From NCBI RefSeq assembly GCF_004010195.1, contig NC_057740.1, positions 19,817,949 through 19,881,948 on the forward strand: 64,000 nt of DNA, written 5' to 3'. Numbering within the stretch: position 1 is the stretch's first letter; every line of letters begins with the position of its first letter. This DNA is from Chiloscyllium plagiosum (taxonomy: Eukaryota). The notes beneath the pieces are model-generated. The model did no database searches. It saw nothing but the letters and a program-made list of their open reading frames with translations, and was not told where the DNA came from. Shown piece after piece: positions 60,601 through 64,000 of this stretch. The position numbers and the translations under genes are program-made.

Positions 60601-62655
60601 AGCACAGCATAATACCATTCAAATTTAACCAATTGTTAATATAAGCTCTGAAAAAATATGGTGTATGGCATTGTGTTGCTGGTTAAGCTTTATTATTGAG
60701 TCAGTACATACCATCTACATAGAGGCTGTCTTCGATCAGTGCATATATTCCCAATGCAGTGATTTTCTCAGTGTTGTCTCTGAACTCATTATAAACAGTG
60801 ACTCTATCAACTTCATTCACATTGGGATTATTTTTAAAAGAACAGATTGCTTCAACCTTAGTATTGCCTTCATTTCCAGGCCTGTGTAAAGGGATTGTAC
60901 AATTTGTAAAAAAAAAAATCACCACCAAATACATCAATGATTCATTAAAATATTAACAATTCTCAATATTTTGCATTAACAATATATAGGGATCTTTAAG
61001 ATCATTGAAGTGTTTTACAGAGTACTTTTGAATTATAGCATTGATTGTTTCTGTAGAAAAAAGTATATCAGATATATTAAAAATTAATGTGACTACGTGG
61101 CCATTTAACTAAAAAAAATAGAAAAGTTTTAAACAAATAATTAGTTATGTATTGAAGGTTGAACTAGCAAAAGGCATATTGCTTGTCTTTTCTTGACACT
61201 GGCTTATATATTCTTTGATATCTTCCTGAAAATGTATTCATTACGGTGGCCTCCTGCCCAAGACATTATACTTTCATCACAAGACCATTGAAGTAGGATG
61301 TACGTCTAGGACGGGGACTGCCTGTTTTGAGAGTTTCTGGTTTCATACCATATCTGTGATCTGGTGTAGTATCAGCACTATACACTGCCTCATCCAAACA
61401 AATCCAAACAATTGTTAAAGCCACTTCCTGTACATGGATCCACCAGGGCTATAATCAGCTATTTTTCTGGGGGAGTCAGCAACCATTCCTTGGCTTGGTG
61501 AGCTCCTGTTGTGCATTTTTCATAGGTTATTAAGGCCTAGCTCATGACCCCCAATAATGTTAAGTTGATAGATTCCAGTGATGGATATAATCTAATTTCC
61601 AAAACAGTTATATCTCAGTATGATTTCCAATGTGCACATTGCAAATGGAAGTCGATGGTTGGATCAGGTCATAGCCTTTATTTCCAATAGGAAATCTGAA
61701 ACCTCAATGAATTGAAATAAGGACATCTTTTAATGACAGGTAATCACTTGGCTGAATATTTCCAATCTGTGGAGTATACCTCTCGTATTATACCCCTTAC
61801 CATTTCAGTTAGTTCTTCTGCTTCACTTGAGTTCTCTACTATTGATCTTTTCACTGTTCCAATGAAGTTAATTCATATTCAAGGAAAAGCATGCTTTCTT
61901 TCCTTTGGGCATTTTACTACTCTCCAGTCTTAATATTGTCTTCAACAACAGACTGCAGATATACTTCCACGTTGTTCCTGCATGTTGCCAATCTCTTTGA
62001 TTAAAATATTTTCCTTTTGGCCTCTTACAGTTTCATGTTAATATTGTTTCTGTTGCTTAACTAATTTCTGTTTTCCATTTTCTGTCTATGTGGGTACATG
62101 TGTGCATTATTGTGTGCGTGTACTTTTTGAAACTAACATTCATCTAAACTACATTTGACTTTTGACAAAAAACTCTTAATTGAACTGTTGAGAATTTCCA
62201 GCATTCCCTGCTTCACATTTAAATCATTTTAAATTTTGTATGAAAGGCATTACTGTACTCTCAACAGACATCTATTGAGATACTTTGCAAACAATGAGCA
62301 GTTAATAGATACTAGTCTTACCTGAAACTTGCAAGTTTACAATGTAAGAATTCTTTCTTTATCTCGCTGTTTCTGTAGAGACTCCTGAGCTATTTAAAAC
62401 AAAATTCAGAGTAAACGTTTTAGAGATAGAAGCACACTGTCAATATATTCTGACTGATATCAATCAGCAATGTATAATTCCAGTTTTGGCTTACCGAATT
62501 AATAACATGGCTTGATGTAGCTTTATACGGAGAGGAATTCAGGTTTTGTAAATCTGGAATGAATGTCAGATTACTAATCGTGAAAGTGACGTTAAAGTCA
62601 GTGGATCTTGTCCCTTCATTTGGAGATTGCGTCACTATCACAACTGGCTTTTCAG
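48576..62655 (-). CDS. MUC16: MUC16-like SEA-domain transmembrane mucin, 3' part (8 coding exons in window, 1007 nt, ~335 aa; 5' part lies beyond window end)
   Basis: Spliced exons 62655-62495, 62389-62322, 60881-60712, 60365-60193, 58771-58704, 57994-57834, 49375-49263, 48668-48576 all have AG/GT ends, matching phases (1-0,0-2,2-1,1-0,0-2,2-1,1-0,0-stop) and no stops. Product has MUC16-type SEA repeats (FNVTFTISNL / LYRNS..C.L.SFR / T.V.AIC..DR..VY.E....IT.LGIY.L..DSLYVDG), IPYWGIILI TM helix and a basic, Tyr-containing tail. Strict orthology is inference. Confidence 0.85.
49263..49375 (-). CDS. Mucin exon, juxtamembrane plus transmembrane helix (EAKAPISDSKVEIPYWGIILIVLGILLILFLFILGALL)
   Basis: tttatgtag acceptor, CTG|gtatgt donor, 113 nt, phase 1 to 0; hydrophobic helix starting PYW. 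Confidence 0.9.
50592..53520 (-). mobile_element. CR1 LINE with ORF1 (Zn-finger plus SGNH esterase-like), APE endonuclease, internal deletion of most RT, intact 3' tail; in mucin intron
   Basis: CSSCWMW..YVCSM, CLPGASIKD..VLVHIGTNDIG, ORF 51564-52187 (GLYYRLPNS, MVGDFNFPNID, SNHNSI); junction near 51180. Confidence 0.92.
55175..56207 (+). mobile_element. Young CR1 RT/3' end spanning an N-gap
   Basis: VDVIYMDFIKAFDKVPHG, GVPQG; (CTATGACT)n tail. Confidence 0.93.
57257..57472 (+). mobile_element. Family B PLE fold-back element (arms 57257-57340 / 57356-57439 plus 33-nt tail); hammerhead motif at 57320-57352(-)
   Basis: 84-bp inverted arms, 15-nt spacer; CUGAUGA-agggc-uuau-gccc-GAAA-UGUC. Confidence 0.85.
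57834..57994 (-). CDS. Mucin exon, last SEA C-terminal part (RGSVKCTCLSYF...YQLKNNSLTV)
   Basis: ttctcatcag acceptor, G|gtaaag donor, 161 nt, phase 2 to 1. Confidence 0.88.
58704..58771 (-). CDS. Mucin exon, last SEA middle (LSGLFKKSSLKKSYRTSKVIGLR)
   Basis: tttttcag acceptor, AG|gtaaga donor, 68 nt, phase 0 to 2, paralogous to the 62322-62389 exon. Confidence 0.9.
59120..59570 (-). mobile_element. CR1 3' fragment
   Basis: LERVQRRFTRILPG, FTQRVVGAW; (TTCTTTG)n-like tail. Confidence 0.88.
60193..60365 (-). CDS. Mucin exon, linker plus last SEA N-terminal part (YQELKPTVTPT...FELNFTIINRNF...ITRM)
   Basis: actttag acceptor, ATG|gtaagg donor, 173 nt, phase 1 to 0. Confidence 0.92.
60712..60881 (-). 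CDS. Mucin exon, SEA C-terminal part (PGNEGNTKVEAICSF...LGIYALIEDSLYVDG)
   Basis: ttacacag acceptor, G|gtatgt donor, 170 nt, phase 2 to 1. Confidence 0.92.
62322..62389 (-). CDS. Mucin exon, SEA middle (LRSLYRNSEIKKEFLHCKLASFR)
   Basis: ttaaatag acceptor, AG|gtaaga donor, 68 nt, phase 0 to 2; too short for the ORF track. Confidence 0.9.
62495..62655 (-). CDS. Mucin exon, SEA repeat N-terminal part (EKPVVIVTQ...DFNVTFTISNLTFIPDLQNLNSSPYKATSSHVINS)
   Basis: cttatag acceptor, TCG|gtaagc donor, 161 nt, phase 1 to 0. Confidence 0.9.
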
Positions 62656-62989
62656 CTATAAGGAATAAATAAATAGAGGGAATACAGCAGATATCAGAAT
62701 TATGTAATAAAACATTTCCGAACCTCATACGTTACATTGGAACTAATTTTTAACTATCTAAAATATGATTTTTCTTTATTTAATATTTAAAACATCTTGG
62801 CTTAGAAATCAGTGAGAACTGTCTGAAATTTGGGGCACGCAGTTTAGGTTTTCATTTACGTCACACACACCATTCCGGTAATGGGGCTTGGGAGTTTAGG
62901 AGGGCAGGAGAACACATATCCAGTATTTGTGATAGCACTGATCTACAGTAAAAATGTCTGAAAGGGAATATATTTGCTGAGGAAAATTC

Positions 62990-63372
62990 TCGGAGAAAGT
63001 GAGGACTGCAGATGCTGGAGAACAGAGTCGAAAAGCGTGGGGCTGGAAAGGTACGGCCGGTCAGACAGCATCTGAGGAGCAGGAGAGTCGATGTTTCGAG
63101 CATGAGGGCGGTGGGGTCGTTTAGTGCATATGTCCCAGAGATGTTCTCTGAAATGTTCTGCAAGTTGGCATCCTGTATCCCCAATGCATAGGAGGCCACA
63201 CTGAGAGCAACGGACACAGTAAATCACATGTGTGAAAGTACAGGTAAATCTCTGTTGGATGTGGAAGGATTCTTTGGGGCCTTGGATGGAAGTGAAGGGG
63301 GAGGTGTGGGGTTGGTGTGGGGCTGGTGTGGGGCATGGACCTAACAAGGGATTCACGGAGGGAATGGTCTCT
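62990..63372 (-). mobile_element. Penelope-like GIY-YIG fragment fused to family B 3' tail
   Basis: HVIYCVRCSQCGLLCIGDTG.QLAEHFREHL; tail 62990-63100. Confidence 0.85.
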
Positions 63373-64000
63373 CAACTGGAGAGGTGGAAAAGTGATTTTT
63401 TTTTAACTGGGGAAAAAGATGGGAATGAACAAGGGAAAAGAAAGGAAGGTAAGGGGAAGGTTACAGGGCAAGAGAGATTGTTTTGTGCTGTGACATTTGT
63501 GATTTTCAAAGTGGAACACTACCTTTCTGTGCACACGCATACCATTTTAACACACCGTCCTGCTCTCGTGCTCACATTTCTGTAATAGGACTGTTGCAAT
63601 GTTCCTTTGAAGCCCAACAGAAGTTAAAACAACATAACCTCTGGACTCAAAGTTGAATTCAACTTTCGTTTTGTGGTGTATCTCTCTTGCTCTCCCTTTT
63701 TCTCCCCCGCCCAGTATCTGGTTTTCCTTGTTTTACTTTCAGAACAACTGATCTAAGTTCCACTATTAAACACATTAAAATGTAGTCCAGACCTATCCCT
63801 CTTCTACATGTATTACCACTCCCTTTTTCCTTTTGTTCTGCGCCACCTAATCCCTAAACTTTGTCTGACCTTCCATTTACTCCTCCTAACTTTTTCTATT
63901 GTACAAAACACATTACACTTTCACCTCTCCCTTCAGTTCCAAAAAAGAGTCATATCGGACGTTAATTCTGTTTCTCTCTTCACAGATGCTGCCAGACCTG

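Noticed and set aside
63930-64000. Third hammerhead-like PLE tail family (also ~8800-8900, 14870-14960, 31432-31515)
   Set aside because: Core CUGANGA/GAAA nucleotides are mutated or deleted in every copy here, so none is called a ribozyme.
1-64000. CRISPR arrays, rRNA genes or prokaryotic operons
   Set aside because: None seen; the sequence is eukaryotic, and its repeats are dispersed TEs, microsatellites or inverted repeats rather than repeat-spacer arrays.

Overview
AT-rich, repeat-dense vertebrate genomic DNA. The HE1-type SINEs, CR1/HER1 LINEs and Penelope-like elements point to a shark (inference). There are four N-gaps. One apparently functional gene is present: the last 8 coding exons of a minus-strand MUC16-like transmembrane mucin (62655 to 48576), with two SEA domains, a TM helix and a short Tyr-containing tail. 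All its junctions are GT-AG and phase-compatible, and it continues beyond the window end. Between the repeats on the plus strand (about 4.7-41 kb) lies a heavily decayed, highly divergent dynein-heavy-chain-like pseudogene. Its linker, AAA1, AAA2, AAA3, AAA4 and, tentatively, stalk/AAA5 signatures occur in the correct order in unusually large exons; this was identified by eye and needs HMM confirmation. The Penelope-like elements carry about ten minimal hammerhead ribozyme motifs of two families. Several form asymmetric fold-back (palindrome plus tail) insertions with target-site duplications. Also present: two locally templated inverted insertions, decayed Gypsy and Harbinger elements, and many CR1 fragments.
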